From Candidatus Poribacteria bacterium (GTDB lineage: Bacteria; Poribacteria; WGA-4E; GCA-2687025), in the NCBI GenBank assembly GCA_026004875.1, contig BPJZ01000007.1, forward strand, positions 48,226 to 112,225: 64,000 bases of DNA. The letters are read 5' to 3'. The notes beneath the pieces are model-generated. The model did no database searches, was not told the DNA's origin, and was given only the letters and a program-made list of their open reading frames with translations. The translations under genes were made by a program, and so were the position numbers. Each line of letters begins with the position of its first letter. Within the stretch, counting starts at the first letter, position 1. This document shows, one piece after another, positions 19,115-28,345 of this stretch.

Positions 19115-19590
19115 GCGATCGTCAAGGAGGTGCCGTGACCAGTTCTCTTCGGCGGATAGGGGAACGGTTTCAAGGCGCGTCGGAGCCGGTCCGGATCGCC
19201 GTCGTCAGCTCTCTGGGAACCGGTTTGGGCTGGCTGACCTACGAGTTGATCTATTGGCTCAATCCGCTTCCGGAGGTCTGGCGGGCCACCTCAAGTTGGC
19301 TGGTGGCGTTTGTGTTGGGCGTCGTTCGGCAACACGCCTTGCACCGGTGGCTGACCTTCTCCCACGAGACACCGTACTGGGAGAGCCTCGGCCGAGCCTA
19401 TCTCTTCTACGCCAGTCTAGCGACGCTGGGCGCAACGCTCAACGGGTACCTGATCCTGACGCTGGGATGGCATCACCGCTGGGCCTACTTGGCCTCGGTG
19501 CTGGCGACTGGAGTGCTGACGCTGACGTTGATGAAGCGGCTGGTCTTTGTTCCGGCACGCTCTCGGCCCAAACAGCCGGCTCGTGGCTAG
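19111..19590 (+). CDS. GtrA-family membrane protein
   Basis: ATGA overlap with the upstream gene. About 4 TM helices and a GtrA-like size and pattern. Confidence 0.55.
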   Translation: MSDRQGGAVTSSLRRIGERFQGASEPVRIAVVSSLGTGLGWLTYELIYWLNPLPEVWRATSSWLVAFVLGVVRQHALHRWLTFSHETPYWESLGRAYLFYASLATLGATLNGYLILTLGWHHRWAYLASVLATGVLTLTLMKRLVFVPARSRPKQPARG

Positions 19591-20237
19591 TCTTCCCTTT
19601 GCTCCGCCTCTGAACGCAGGTCCTTGACCAGCTGCATCGCCAGCAGCGAGAGACCGCCCTCTTGGGCGTCCTCCTGGGAGCGGGGTCGAATGCCGCGCAG
19701 GTAGGTGGTCCGATAGCGGTAGCCCAGCCGTTCGTAGAGCGCCCGAGCGTACGAGTGCCGGACCGGGTGAAGAGTGATTCCGATGCCCCGGAAGCCGCGC
19801 TCCCGACAAGCGTCCTCGCAAGCGGCGATCAGCGCGGAACCGATGCCAAAACCCCGGAGTGCCGGGAGCACGTAAAGTGCTTCGATCTCCGGCACCTCTT
19901 CGGAGGCAGGGCCGGGAGCGACTCCGTCCCAGCGCACTAACGCATAGCCAACGGGGAGATCGTTGATCGTAGCAAGCAGGAAGGCCCCTTCTCCCCGTGT
20001 ATGAAGGCTCCAGCGCGCCTCATGAACGGACAGATCCTCCGCCGCCCAGTCCAGATTGGGGATATCCTTTTCCTGAGCGGGACGAATCAGGACGGGCACG
20101 CGGGAGAGAATGAAGGTTCGCCCGTGCAGGGGCGGCAGCGTGGACAGGTCGTCCGTCAAGGAGCCCGTGTCTAGGTTGGTCATCAGTTCTCGATCCGGTT
20201 GTCCGTTCGAGTGGTCCATTCGATCCTGCTCCTTCAA
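19587..20237 (-). CDS. GNAT family N-acetyltransferase
   Basis: Acetyl-CoA binding motif VLPALRGFGIGSALI and a C-terminal YERLGY block. Its stop shares CTAG with the convergent GtrA stop. Confidence 0.75.
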   Translation of the reverse strand: MKEQDRMDHSNGQPDRELMTNLDTGSLTDDLSTLPPLHGRTFILSRVPVLIRPAQEKDIPNLDWAAEDLSVHEARWSLHTRGEGAFLLATINDLPVGYALVRWDGVAPGPASEEVPEIEALYVLPALRGFGIGSALIAACEDACRERGFRGIGITLHPVRHSYARALYERLGYRYRTTYLRGIRPRSQEDAQEGGLSLLAMQLVKDLRSEAEQRED

Positions 20238-20274
20238 GAAGCCGACGCACCCCTACTTCTAAGGAGCTGCGCCG

Positions 20275-21174
20275 ATGCCTGAAATCGTCCTGGAGACGAA
20301 CCTTCCAACGCTCAAGCTGCGCCACCGGGGGAAGGTGCGCGACATCTACGAGTTGGGAGAAACCCTGCTGATCGTGGCAACCGATCGGATCAGCGCGTTT
20401 GACGTGGTCCTTCCTAATGGTATCCCCTACAAGGGCCAGGTGTTGACCGCCATTTCCGCCTTCTGGTTCGACTTCGTTTCCGATTTAGTGGAGCACCATC
20501 TGATCAGCGTGGACGTCTCCGAGTTTCCGCCGGAGGCTCAGCCCTACGCCGACCAGCTCCGGGGACGAACGATGTACGTCCACAAGGCGAACCGGGTGGA
20601 TATTGAATGCGTCGTGCGGGGCTATCTGAGCGGCTCCGCCTGGCGGGAGTACCGTCAATCGGGAACGGTCTGCGGCCAACGGCTCCCTGCAGGGCTGCGC
20701 GAGTCGGAGCGGCTCCCGGAGCCGATCTTCACACCGGCCACAAAAGCCGAGACGGGCCACGACGAAAACATCTCCGTCGAGGAGATGGCCCGCCAGGTCG
20801 GCTGGGAACTGACTGAAAAGCTCCGCGAGCTGAGCCTTGCGATCTACAACAAGGCCGCCGCCTACGCCCTGGAACGGGGAATCATCATCGCGGACACCAA
20901 GTTCGAGTTTGGTCTCCGGGAAGGGCGGGTGATTCTTATCGACGAGCTGCTGACCCCGGACTCCTCTCGATTTTGGCCGGCCGATGAGTACCAACCAGGA
21001 CGGCCCCAGCGGAGTTTCGACAAGCAGTACGTCCGAGACTATCTGGAGTCGCTCGACTGGAACAAGCAGCCCCCGGCGCCGGAGCTACCCCCGGAGGTAG
21101 TTCAGGGGACCAGCCAACGCTACCGAGAGGCCTACGAACGGCTCGTCGGGCGGCCGTTCCCCGCTCAGGACTGA
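20275..21174 (+). CDS. purC: phosphoribosylaminoimidazole-succinocarboxamide synthase (SAICAR synthetase)
   Basis: [28 protein letters not shown] signature. Long-form PurC, about 300 aa. Confidence 0.9.
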   Translation: MPEIVLETNLPTLKLRHRGKVRDIYELGETLLIVATDRISAFDVVLPNGIPYKGQVLTAISAFWFDFVSDLVEHHLISVDVSEFPPEAQPYADQLRGRTMYVHKANRVDIECVVRGYLSGSAWREYRQSGTVCGQRLPAGLRESERLPEPIFTPATKAETGHDENISVEEMARQVGWELTEKLRELSLAIYNKAAAYALERGIIIADTKFEFGLREGRVILIDELLTPDSSRFWPADEYQPGRPQRSFDKQYVRDYLESLDWNKQPPAPELPPEVVQGTSQRYREAYERLVGRPFPAQD

Positions 21175-21527
21175 GTCGGGACAAGGATTCGGTTCTTCTC
21201 GTCCACGTGGACGATCTTTGGCTTGTAGCTCCGGGCGGCCTGCTCCTCCAGCCAGAGGTAGCTGAGGATCAACACTAGGTCGCCCGGGTGCACCAGCCGC
21301 GCCGCGGCCCCGTTGACACAAACCTCTCCCGAACCGGGCTCGCCCGGGATCACATAAGTCTCAAATCGAGCGCCGTTATAGACGTTGAGGACCTGAACCC
21401 GTTCGTAAGGAACCAGGTCCGCGGCCTCCATCAAGGTCCGATCCACGGTAATGCTGCCCTCGTAGTGGAGGTTGGCATCGGTAACCGTCGCGCGGTGAAT
21501 CTTTGACTTCAGCAGTTGCCGATACAT
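21165..21527 (-). CDS. panD: aspartate 1-decarboxylase
   Basis: [30 protein letters not shown]-terminus including the self-cleavage Gly-Ser. Start ATG at 21527 rather than the longer ORF. Confidence 0.9.
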   Translation of the reverse strand: MYRQLLKSKIHRATVTDANLHYEGSITVDRTLMEAADLVPYERVQVLNVYNGARFETYVIPGEPGSGEVCVNGAAARLVHPGDLVLILSYLWLEEQAARSYKPKIVHVDEKNRILVPTQS

Positions 21528-21696
21528 CGCTCCCCCTCGCTGTTCTCCTCCGCCTTGACGGAGAGTCGTTCTACGCAAGGGAAATGATACCCTCAACCGC
21601 CGAGACGGCGAGCCGACTCGGGAAAGGCCAGCGCAGATCCGAAGGTCGGACGCTAAGGACCAAGGCAAGTCCGCCCGGCAAAGCCGGGCGGCGCTC

Positions 21697-21725
21697 TTGA
21701 CCTTCCTGGAGAGCCTCCTTAAATT
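21697..21725 (+). promoter_or_regulatory. sigma70-like promoter upstream of the SGNH hydrolase gene
   Basis: TTGACC at 21697-21702 and TAAATT at 21720-21725, 17-nt spacer. A GC-rich hairpin at 21671-21691 sits immediately before it. Confidence 0.35.
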
Positions 21726-21772
21726 CAGAGGAGCGCAGCAAAAACACGAAGAATTTAGAAGGGGGCACCCCT

Positions 21773-22417
21773 TTGGAACTGATCCTGGAAGACGGACAGA
21801 GCGTCCTGTTCATCGGCGACAGTATCACCGACGCCGGAAGGCGCCAGGACAACGCGCGAGCGTTGGGGTTTGGCTACGTTGCCTACATTGCTGACTTCCT
21901 AGCAGCCCGGTATCCGGAGCGGAGCATTCGGATCCTAAATCGAGGGATTGGAGGCGATCGAGTTTTGGAGCTCCAGCGGCGGTGGACGGAGGACGTGATC
22001 GCCCACCGGCCCGATTGGGTCTCCATCTCGATCGGAATCAACGACGTGTGGCGCCTGGTCGCTGGGATTCCGGAGGCCCACGTCCCGTTAGACCAGTACA
22101 AGACCGTTTATCGGGAGCTGCTGGAGCAAACCCAACAGGAAACCGAAGCCCGGTTGATCCTCATGGAGACCTCGGTGATCGGTGAGGACCCCGACAACGA
22201 AGCGAACGGGATCCTAAAGGATTACAACGCAGCGATTCGGGAGTTCGCGGAGGAGTTCGGCGCTGTTTTGGTGCCGATCTTCACAGCGTTTTGCCGGGCG
22301 ATTCGCAGTCGGCCGGGATTTGCCTGGACGAGCGACGGGGTACACCCGCTTCCGCCAGGGCATATGCTGATGGCGACCACGTGGTTGGAGGCGGTCGGGG
22401 CGCTCCCGCCGCGTTAA
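21773..22417 (+). CDS. SGNH/GDSL-family hydrolase
   Basis: Block [16 protein letters not shown] start after a GGGGG SD. Confidence 0.7.
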   Translation: MELILEDGQSVLFIGDSITDAGRRQDNARALGFGYVAYIADFLAARYPERSIRILNRGIGGDRVLELQRRWTEDVIAHRPDWVSISIGINDVWRLVAGIPEAHVPLDQYKTVYRELLEQTQQETEARLILMETSVIGEDPDNEANGILKDYNAAIREFAEEFGAVLVPIFTAFCRAIRSRPGFAWTSDGVHPLPPGHMLMATTWLEAVGALPPR

Positions 22418-22421
22418 GGAA

Positions 22422-23840
22422 ATGCCGATGCAACCCGCTGAATCTCCTGAAGCAACTCGCAGCTGGCTGGTGCGTGGGTTAGGCCGCGTGATCGGAGTTC
22501 CCCGCGCCGAGCTGGTAGCCGCCGTCCTGGGCGGGCTCTGGCCCTTTCTCCGCATCCTGATGCTGATCAGCTTTGTGTGGATCGTGGCCGGACTGCTGAC
22601 CTATTACGTCGAGACGTTCCGGACGGTGCCGCTCGAAGCGGGGATCGGGTATCCAGTGACCCGAACCTATCGGGACTCCTCCGGAGAGGTGCTCGTCGAC
22701 GCCTGGACGGTGCTCGACGAGGAAGGAGCTGCTCGGCTGCGGGCCGCCGGCTATCGCTCCGTTCGTATCTACAACAACTCGATGTTCCAGGACGTAAACG
22801 ACGGTATCTGGTGGAGTATCGTCACGATGACGACCGTCGGTTACGGCGACCGTTATCCGGAGACGAAGGCCGGCCGAGCGATCGCTGTCGTGCTGATGTT
22901 TACTAGTTTGGTGCTCCTTTCGTCCTTCACAGCGACCTTTGCGTCGGCCTTTGTGGTCCGACGGATCGAAGAGGCCCAACGCGCCCGTGAACTGACCTGG
23001 GAAGGGCATCTGATTCTCTGCGGCTGGAACCCGATGGCCCCCCGAATTCTTGCGGAGCTGAACCGCGCCGCCGGGGAGGGACAGCTTCAGGTGATCGTGA
23101 TCAACGGCAACAGCGAGGAGAGCATGGAGCTGCTCCTGCGCGACTACGAGCACCTGGAGATCCGCCACATTCGCGGGAACTTTGCGCGGGAGGAGGACCT
23201 AAGGCGCTGCCGACTTCATCACGCGGCTGCTGCGCTCATTATCCCGGACGCTTCGGAGGGCCGCGAGCCGGACGACGTTCGAACGATCGAGGCAACGGTC
23301 ACCATTAAGGACATGGCACCAGAGGTCAAGGTCTTCGCTCACGTCCAGGACATGGAACGAGTTCCCAACCTGCGGCGAGCGCTGGTGGACGACGTCGTCG
23401 TTACCGACGAGTTCACACCTCAGCTTCTGGTGAACTACGCCCTCCGCCCTGGGGCGACTCAGGCCCTTCGGGAGCTGCTCTCCCCCGGCACGGAAGTGGA
23501 GCTTCAAGTGATCCCCATCCCCCAGCAGTACGTTGGGAGACCGGTCGTCGAGCTCAGTCAATACCTGCGCCGTCAGCAGGAGGCGACACTGATCGCATTG
23601 GTTATCGAGGAGGAGGGATTTGGGCTCGATCAGGCAATGAAAGGCGGAGATCCGTACATTGTAGACTTCATCCGTGAAGTGATCGAGGAGGCGGGGATCT
23701 CTACCCAGGCGACCGGTTCCCGAACTCGGGTCATGGTTAACCCCCCTAACGACACGCCGGTTCAGGCGGGCGAACAGGCCTTGGTGATCCGACGGGTGCC
23801 GCGTCGAGCGACGCCACCGGCGAGAGAAGGAGAAGGGTAG
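22422..23840 (+). CDS. potassium channel protein with RCK/TrkA-type cytoplasmic domains
   Basis: Two TM helices flank a pore helix with the TVGYGD selectivity filter. Two Rossmann-like RCK domains follow. Confidence 0.8.
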   Translation: MPMQPAESPEATRSWLVRGLGRVIGVPRAELVAAVLGGLWPFLRILMLISFVWIVAGLLTYYVETFRTVPLEAGIGYPVTRTYRDSSGEVLVDAWTVLDEEGAARLRAAGYRSVRIYNNSMFQDVNDGIWWSIVTMTTVGYGDRYPETKAGRAIAVVLMFTSLVLLSSFTATFASAFVVRRIEEAQRARELTWEGHLILCGWNPMAPRILAELNRAAGEGQLQVIVINGNSEESMELLLRDYEHLEIRHIRGNFAREEDLRRCRLHHAAAALIIPDASEGREPDDVRTIEATVTIKDMAPEVKVFAHVQDMERVPNLRRALVDDVVVTDEFTPQLLVNYALRPGATQALRELLSPGTEVELQVIPIPQQYVGRPVVELSQYLRRQQEATLIALVIEEEGFGLDQAMKGGDPYIVDFIREVIEEAGISTQATGSRTRVMVNPPNDTPVQAGEQALVIRRVPRRATPPAREGEG

Positions 23841-24368
23841 GTGTCCAAGGTCTCCCGCGAGGAGCTCGCCCGATTCCGCGAAGGGGTCCCGGTGGGGATC
23901 TTCGCCGGCCTGAGCGACGAGCAGCTCGACCGGATCGGCCAGATCACCACCCGACGCCCCTTTGCGGCCGGAGAGGTGATCATTCGGGACGGTGAAGAGG
24001 GGGACACGATGTATCTTCTGCTTTCCGGCTCCGTCCGAGTAACCAAGAACCTGTTCATCAAGACGGCCCGCGGGATCGGCGAGGCGGAGAAGGAGATCAT
24101 CGTCTTGCCGGCGGAGTGGAACCCCTACTTTGGGGAGCTTGCCCTCTTTGACCCCCGGAGCATCCGGACAGCAAACGTCATCGGCCAGGAGCCCGGCGAG
24201 CTGGGCGTGATCCGAAACGTGGACTTTATCGCCCTCGCCGACGCGGACCACGATCTGGGATATCCTGTTCTCAAGAACGTGCTTCAAAAGCAGGTTGAGG
24301 TCATCCGAAAGGCAAACGAGAACATCCTGAACCTGACGACGGCGCTCTCATTTGCGCTCTCGCGCTGA
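23841..24368 (+). CDS. cyclic-nucleotide-binding domain protein
   Basis: GTG start 1 nt after the channel stop. cNMP-binding beta-roll motifs FGELALFD...RTANV. Confidence 0.7.
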   Translation: MSKVSREELARFREGVPVGIFAGLSDEQLDRIGQITTRRPFAAGEVIIRDGEEGDTMYLLLSGSVRVTKNLFIKTARGIGEAEKEIIVLPAEWNPYFGELALFDPRSIRTANVIGQEPGELGVIRNVDFIALADADHDLGYPVLKNVLQKQVEVIRKANENILNLTTALSFALSR

Positions 24369-24387
24369 GAACCACGGGAGCAGAGGG

Positions 24388-25500
24388 TTGGCTCGCATTC
24401 TTCTGGAAGGCATTTCGAAGCGCTTTGGGGACACGGTTGCTCTTAAATCGTTGGACCTGGAGGTCCAAGAAGGGGAGTTCCTCTCGCTCTTAGGGCCCTC
24501 CGGTTGCGGCAAGACGACCACGCTTCGGATCATCGCCGGGCTGGAACGGCCAACCACGGGAGAGGTGTACTTTGACGACCGTCCCGTGACCGCCCTTCCG
24601 CCCGCCGAGCGCCGGATTGCGATGGTCTTTCAACTGAACGCCCTTTATCCCTACATGACGGTTTGGGAGAACATCGCCTTTCCGCTCCGGGCCCAGCGGC
24701 TCAGCCGGGGGGAGATTCGCAGGCGGGTGGAGTCGGTCGCGGAGATGCTCGGCATCTCCTCGCTGCTGGGGCTTCCAGCGGCCCAGGTGCACGCCGCTGA
24801 CGGCCAGCGGGTGGCGATCGCCAAAGCGATCGCGAGCGAGCCGAGCGCCTTCTTGCTGGACGAGCCCTTCTCCCATCTGGACGCGCCGATGCGGGCCCGG
24901 ATGCGGGCGGAGCTCAAGCACCTCCACGAGACTGTAGGGCGAACGATGCTCTTTGTCACCCACGACCAGGCGGAGGCGCTCGCCCTCTCTGATCGGATCG
25001 CAGTGATGCGTCAAGGAGAGCTGGTCCAGCTGGGAACACCGGAGGAGGTCTTCCATCGGCCGACCGATCGGTACGTGGCCGAGTTCATCGGAACGCCGCC
25101 GATCAACCTGTTTTCGGTCACCCTTCAGGCAGAAGGGGATCGACTCTGGGGGGTCGTCCCGTCAGGGGGGCGGTTTCGGCTTCCCGACTCTTGGCGCCGG
25201 CTTGGCCTCCCCATCCAGGTGCTTTTGGGCATCCGTCCTCGCCGCGTTCGGCTCCACCCCAGCCCGGCAGGCACGCCAGGAGACCGGCGGCTCCTTGGAA
25301 CCGTCGAGGTCCTCGAGCCGATGGGCCGTGAGAGGCTCCATCACGTTCGGGTGGGGGAGAACCTGGAGGTTCGGGCGATGCTTCCGCAAGACCGTAGCTT
25401 CTCGGAGGGAAGTTCGGTCCTCTTGGAGCTCCCCCCCGAACACCTGTTGGTCTTCGATCCGGTCTCCGGTCGACGAATCGAGGAGAAAGGGGAGCGATGA
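24388..25500 (+). CDS. ABC transporter ATP-binding protein (MalK/UgpC-type sugar importer ATPase)
   Basis: Walker A GPSGCGKTT, signature and Walker B blocks, and a C-terminal TOBE-like regulatory domain. TTG start after a GGGAGCAGAGGG SD. No permease genes are adjacent. Confidence 0.75.
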   Translation: MARILLEGISKRFGDTVALKSLDLEVQEGEFLSLLGPSGCGKTTTLRIIAGLERPTTGEVYFDDRPVTALPPAERRIAMVFQLNALYPYMTVWENIAFPLRAQRLSRGEIRRRVESVAEMLGISSLLGLPAAQVHAADGQRVAIAKAIASEPSAFLLDEPFSHLDAPMRARMRAELKHLHETVGRTMLFVTHDQAEALALSDRIAVMRQGELVQLGTPEEVFHRPTDRYVAEFIGTPPINLFSVTLQAEGDRLWGVVPSGGRFRLPDSWRRLGLPIQVLLGIRPRRVRLHPSPAGTPGDRRLLGTVEVLEPMGRERLHHVRVGENLEVRAMLPQDRSFSEGSSVLLELPPEHLLVFDPVSGRRIEEKGER

Positions 25501-25781
25501 GACAACGCGCGCTCTCGCCGACGATCCGCCGCCGGATCGAGTGGGCGTTGATCGCTCTGGCCCTCCTGGGGTTGGCGTTGATGGTTCAGCCGTTCTGGGG
25601 AGCGCTTTTTCGGGTGGGGTTCTGGTTCCTCTTCCTCTTTGGAATTGGGTACGTGGCGACCACCTTCTGGCCGCCGGAACGGGTGACCCTCTGGGACGCA
25701 ATCAAAAGTCTTTTAGGGGTAGTGATCGTTTTAGCGCTCGTCATTGGAGTAAGCATCCTGCTTGTCCCCAAGCTGCTGTAA
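25497..25781 (+). CDS. small hypothetical membrane protein
   Basis: ATGA overlap with the ABC ATPase stop. Three hydrophobic segments. Confidence 0.45.
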   Translation: MRQRALSPTIRRRIEWALIALALLGLALMVQPFWGALFRVGFWFLFLFGIGYVATTFWPPERVTLWDAIKSLLGVVIVLALVIGVSILLVPKLL

Positions 25782-25807
25782 CTGAAGAGAAGAAGGGAAA
25801 GGAAAAA

Positions 25808-27040
25808 ATGACGGTGTTCTACCACACGCGGCTCGAAAACGGCCTGACGGTGATCGGGGAGCGGAACCCCGCGGCTCAGTCGATGGCCGCTGGCTACTTT
25901 GTGCGGACGGGGGCTCGGGACGAACCGGACGCCTGGGAGGGCGTCAGTCACTTTCTGGAACACATGATGTTCAAAGGCACCGCGCGGCGTTCTGCAGCGG
26001 ACGTCAATCGTGAGTTCGACGAGATCGGAGCGCAGTACAACGCCTTCACCTCGGAGGAGAACACGGTTTACTACGGCCGAGTGCTGCCGGAGTTTCAGGG
26101 GCGACTTTTGGACCTGCTGACCGACATGATGCGCCCCAGCCTCCGGGAGGAGGACTTCGCCGTTGAAAAGAAAGTGATCCTCGAAGAGATCGCCCGCGCA
26201 GAAGACATGCCGATCCATGTGGCTTATGACGCCGCTCGAAGGCGCTTTTACGAGGGGCACCCGCTAGGCCACCGGGTGCTAGGAACCGCCGAGACGATCG
26301 GACGACTCACACGAGAGGAGATGGAGTCCTACTTCCGGCAGCGCTACGTTCCCTCAAACATGACCTTGGTGCTGACCGGCCGGTTCGACTGGGAGGCGGC
26401 CTTAGCCCAGGTAGAAGCGTTAACGGCCGGTTGGGAGGACCGCCCTGCCGGTCGGGAGCTTGCCCGTCCCAAGACGCAGCGGGGGATCGTAGTCCAGCGA
26501 GAGCCAAAGCTGAAGAAGGTCCATTTGATCTGGATGATCCCGGGCCCTTCGGCGCAGGAGGAGCTGCGCTACGCGGGCGGGCTGGTCGCCTCCGCGGTCG
26601 GGGACGACGTCGGCTCGCGGCTGTACTGGGCGCTGGTGGACCCCGGTCTGGCCGACGCGGCCAGCCTTTCGTTGGACGTTGAGGACCACACAGGAGCTTA
26701 TCTCGGATACGTCGCCTGCCAGCCGGAAGACGCCCCTAAGGTCGTGGAACGGATGCGGCACGTCCTAGAAGAGGCGACTCGCACCGGCCTGACTGCGGAG
26801 GAGACCGAACGGGCCAAACAAAAGGTCGCCTCCGGTCAGGTGATCCGTTCCGAAACGCCGATGGGCCGCATGATGCATGTGGGGATGGAGTGGGTCTACC
26901 GGCGGGAGTACCGTCCCCCCGACGAGGCCGTAGATCGGCTCCTCCGGGTAGGAATGGAGGAGATCGAAGCGGTCCTGGCGGCCTACCCGCTGACGGAAGC
27001 GTTCTGCTACGCACTGGGACCGATCGAACGGCTCGATTGA
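25808..27040 (+). CDS. M16-family (pitrilysin/insulinase-like) zinc peptidase
   Basis: Inverted zinc-binding motif HFLEHMMFKGT and N-terminal domain E residues. ATG follows a GAAGGGAAAGG SD. Confidence 0.8.
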   Translation: MTVFYHTRLENGLTVIGERNPAAQSMAAGYFVRTGARDEPDAWEGVSHFLEHMMFKGTARRSAADVNREFDEIGAQYNAFTSEENTVYYGRVLPEFQGRLLDLLTDMMRPSLREEDFAVEKKVILEEIARAEDMPIHVAYDAARRRFYEGHPLGHRVLGTAETIGRLTREEMESYFRQRYVPSNMTLVLTGRFDWEAALAQVEALTAGWEDRPAGRELARPKTQRGIVVQREPKLKKVHLIWMIPGPSAQEELRYAGGLVASAVGDDVGSRLYWALVDPGLADAASLSLDVEDHTGAYLGYVACQPEDAPKVVERMRHVLEEATRTGLTAEETERAKQKVASGQVIRSETPMGRMMHVGMEWVYRREYRPPDEAVDRLLRVGMEEIEAVLAAYPLTEAFCYALGPIERLD

Positions 27041-27062
27041 GCTACGTTGTTCTGGAGAAACG

Positions 27063-27093
27063 AAAAGGACGCCACCTCAAACGGCGTCCTTTT
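27063..27093. terminator. bidirectional rho-independent terminator between the M16 peptidase and flagellin 1
   Basis: AAAAGGACGCC-acctcaaac-GGCGTCCTTTT hairpin flanked by A and T runs. Confidence 0.6.
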
Positions 27094-27130
27094 CGCGTGG
27101 GATGTAGGGAACGATGGCCGAGACTCGGCC

Positions 27131-28012
27131 CTACACCTGCAGGAGGGTGAGCGCGTTCTGCGGGAGCAGGTTGGCTTGGGACAGCATCGCCGTCCCCGCC
27201 TGCGTCAGAATCTGCGCCCGCGTCAGCGCCGACGCCTCGACCGCGAAGTCTGCATCTCGGATCGTCGACTCCGCGTTGCTTGTGTTCTCAATCTCGGTGA
27301 GCAGGTTGGTTTGTGCGCGCTCCAGTCGGTTCTCGAAGGCTCCCAGTTGGGTCCGAATTCGGGAGACCAGACTCACCCCCCGATCGAACTCCGCGACGAG
27401 CGGGAGCACCCCGTTCTGCGAGACGAACAGGTTCGTCGAAACGTTGACCGTCGTCCCGCCAATGTAAAGCTGTTGCGCCACGGTGGCCGTCCCGATCAGC
27501 GACACCCCGCCCAGGCTGAACGCCAGCGTCATGTTGGAGCTACTGATCTGGTTGGTCCCGTCGCCCACGTAGAAGGTAAAGGTGACGCTACCGCCGGTGT
27601 TCAGCAACGTGATGCCATTGAAGATCGTCGTCGCGGCGATCCGCTGAATCTCGTTCAGCAGGGCAAAGGCTTCCGACTGGATGGCGGAGCGGTTGTCATC
27701 GTTCAGGGTGCCGTCGGAGGCCTGAATCGCCAGCTCTTTGAGCCGGACCAGCATCGAACCGATCTGCTCCAGCCCTCCCTCGGCCACGTGCAGCAGCGTG
27801 ATCGCTCGCGCGACGTTCTCGTTGGCCTTCTTGGCGCCGGCGATCTGCGAACGCATCCCCTCCGAGATGCTCAGGCCGGCGGCGTCGTCGGCGGCGCGGA
27901 CGATTCGAAGGCCCGAAGAAAGGCGCTCCATCCGCTTGGCCAGGTCCTTGGAGACGCCAAAGAGGTTCCGCTGGCCGTTGATCGAGAGGACATTCGTGTT
28001 GATCCGAAACAT
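27131..28012 (-). CDS. fliC: flagellin (paralog 1 of the tandem array)
   Basis: Conserved N- and C-terminal flagellin domains (MFRINTN...LSSGLRI..AADDAAGL ... LGAFENRLE...RDADFAVEASALTRAQILTQAGTAMLSQAN). 293 aa, with a short variable middle. SD GGGAGAAG. Confidence 0.9.
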   Translation of the reverse strand: MFRINTNVLSINGQRNLFGVSKDLAKRMERLSSGLRIVRAADDAAGLSISEGMRSQIAGAKKANENVARAITLLHVAEGGLEQIGSMLVRLKELAIQASDGTLNDDNRSAIQSEAFALLNEIQRIAATTIFNGITLLNTGGSVTFTFYVGDGTNQISSSNMTLAFSLGGVSLIGTATVAQQLYIGGTTVNVSTNLFVSQNGVLPLVAEFDRGVSLVSRIRTQLGAFENRLERAQTNLLTEIENTSNAESTIRDADFAVEASALTRAQILTQAGTAMLSQANLLPQNALTLLQV

Positions 28013-28154
28013 GGGGCACTTCTCCCTTCGCGGCTGGGGAGCTCCTCAAGAGGCAACACAGAGCTCCTCTGCCCAAGTGACAAAATCGATGACAGACCGT
28101 TCTCACACAAAACAACAAGCAGAGCAGCCAAGCCGCTATCGCTTGTCGTTATTA

Positions 28155-28181
28155 GTATCGGACGCCAGAGGGGAAACTTTA
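28155..28181 (-). promoter_or_regulatory. sigma28 (FliA)-type promoter for flagellin 1
   Basis: Minus strand reads TAAAGTTT-N11-TCCGATAC. Same architecture upstream of all four arrayed flagellins. Implied leader about 135 nt. Confidence 0.55.
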
Positions 28182-28256
28182 GCGCCTTGAAAGGGACGGA
28201 GGGCACAACTCCCTTCTCTCGGGGGGATCGGGCCCTCAAGCGATACACGAGGAGGG

Positions 28257-28285
28257 GAGGCGTCGAGCTAAGTTCTCGACGCCTC
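28257..28285 (-). terminator. hairpin terminator downstream of flagellin 2
   Basis: GAGGCGTCGAG-ctaagtt-CTCGACGCCTC. The copy at 29669 is followed by a U-rich tract on the minus strand. Confidence 0.5.
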
Positions 28286-28345
28286 CGTGTGAGAACGGTC
28301 TCCACATCACCTAGGCAGGCGAAGGGAGAACGACGGAAACTCTAT

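Noticed and set aside
25202-25807. N-terminal extension of ORF 25202-27040
   Set aside because: Overlaps the ABC ATPase out of frame. The M16 peptidase starts at ATG 25808, behind a good SD.
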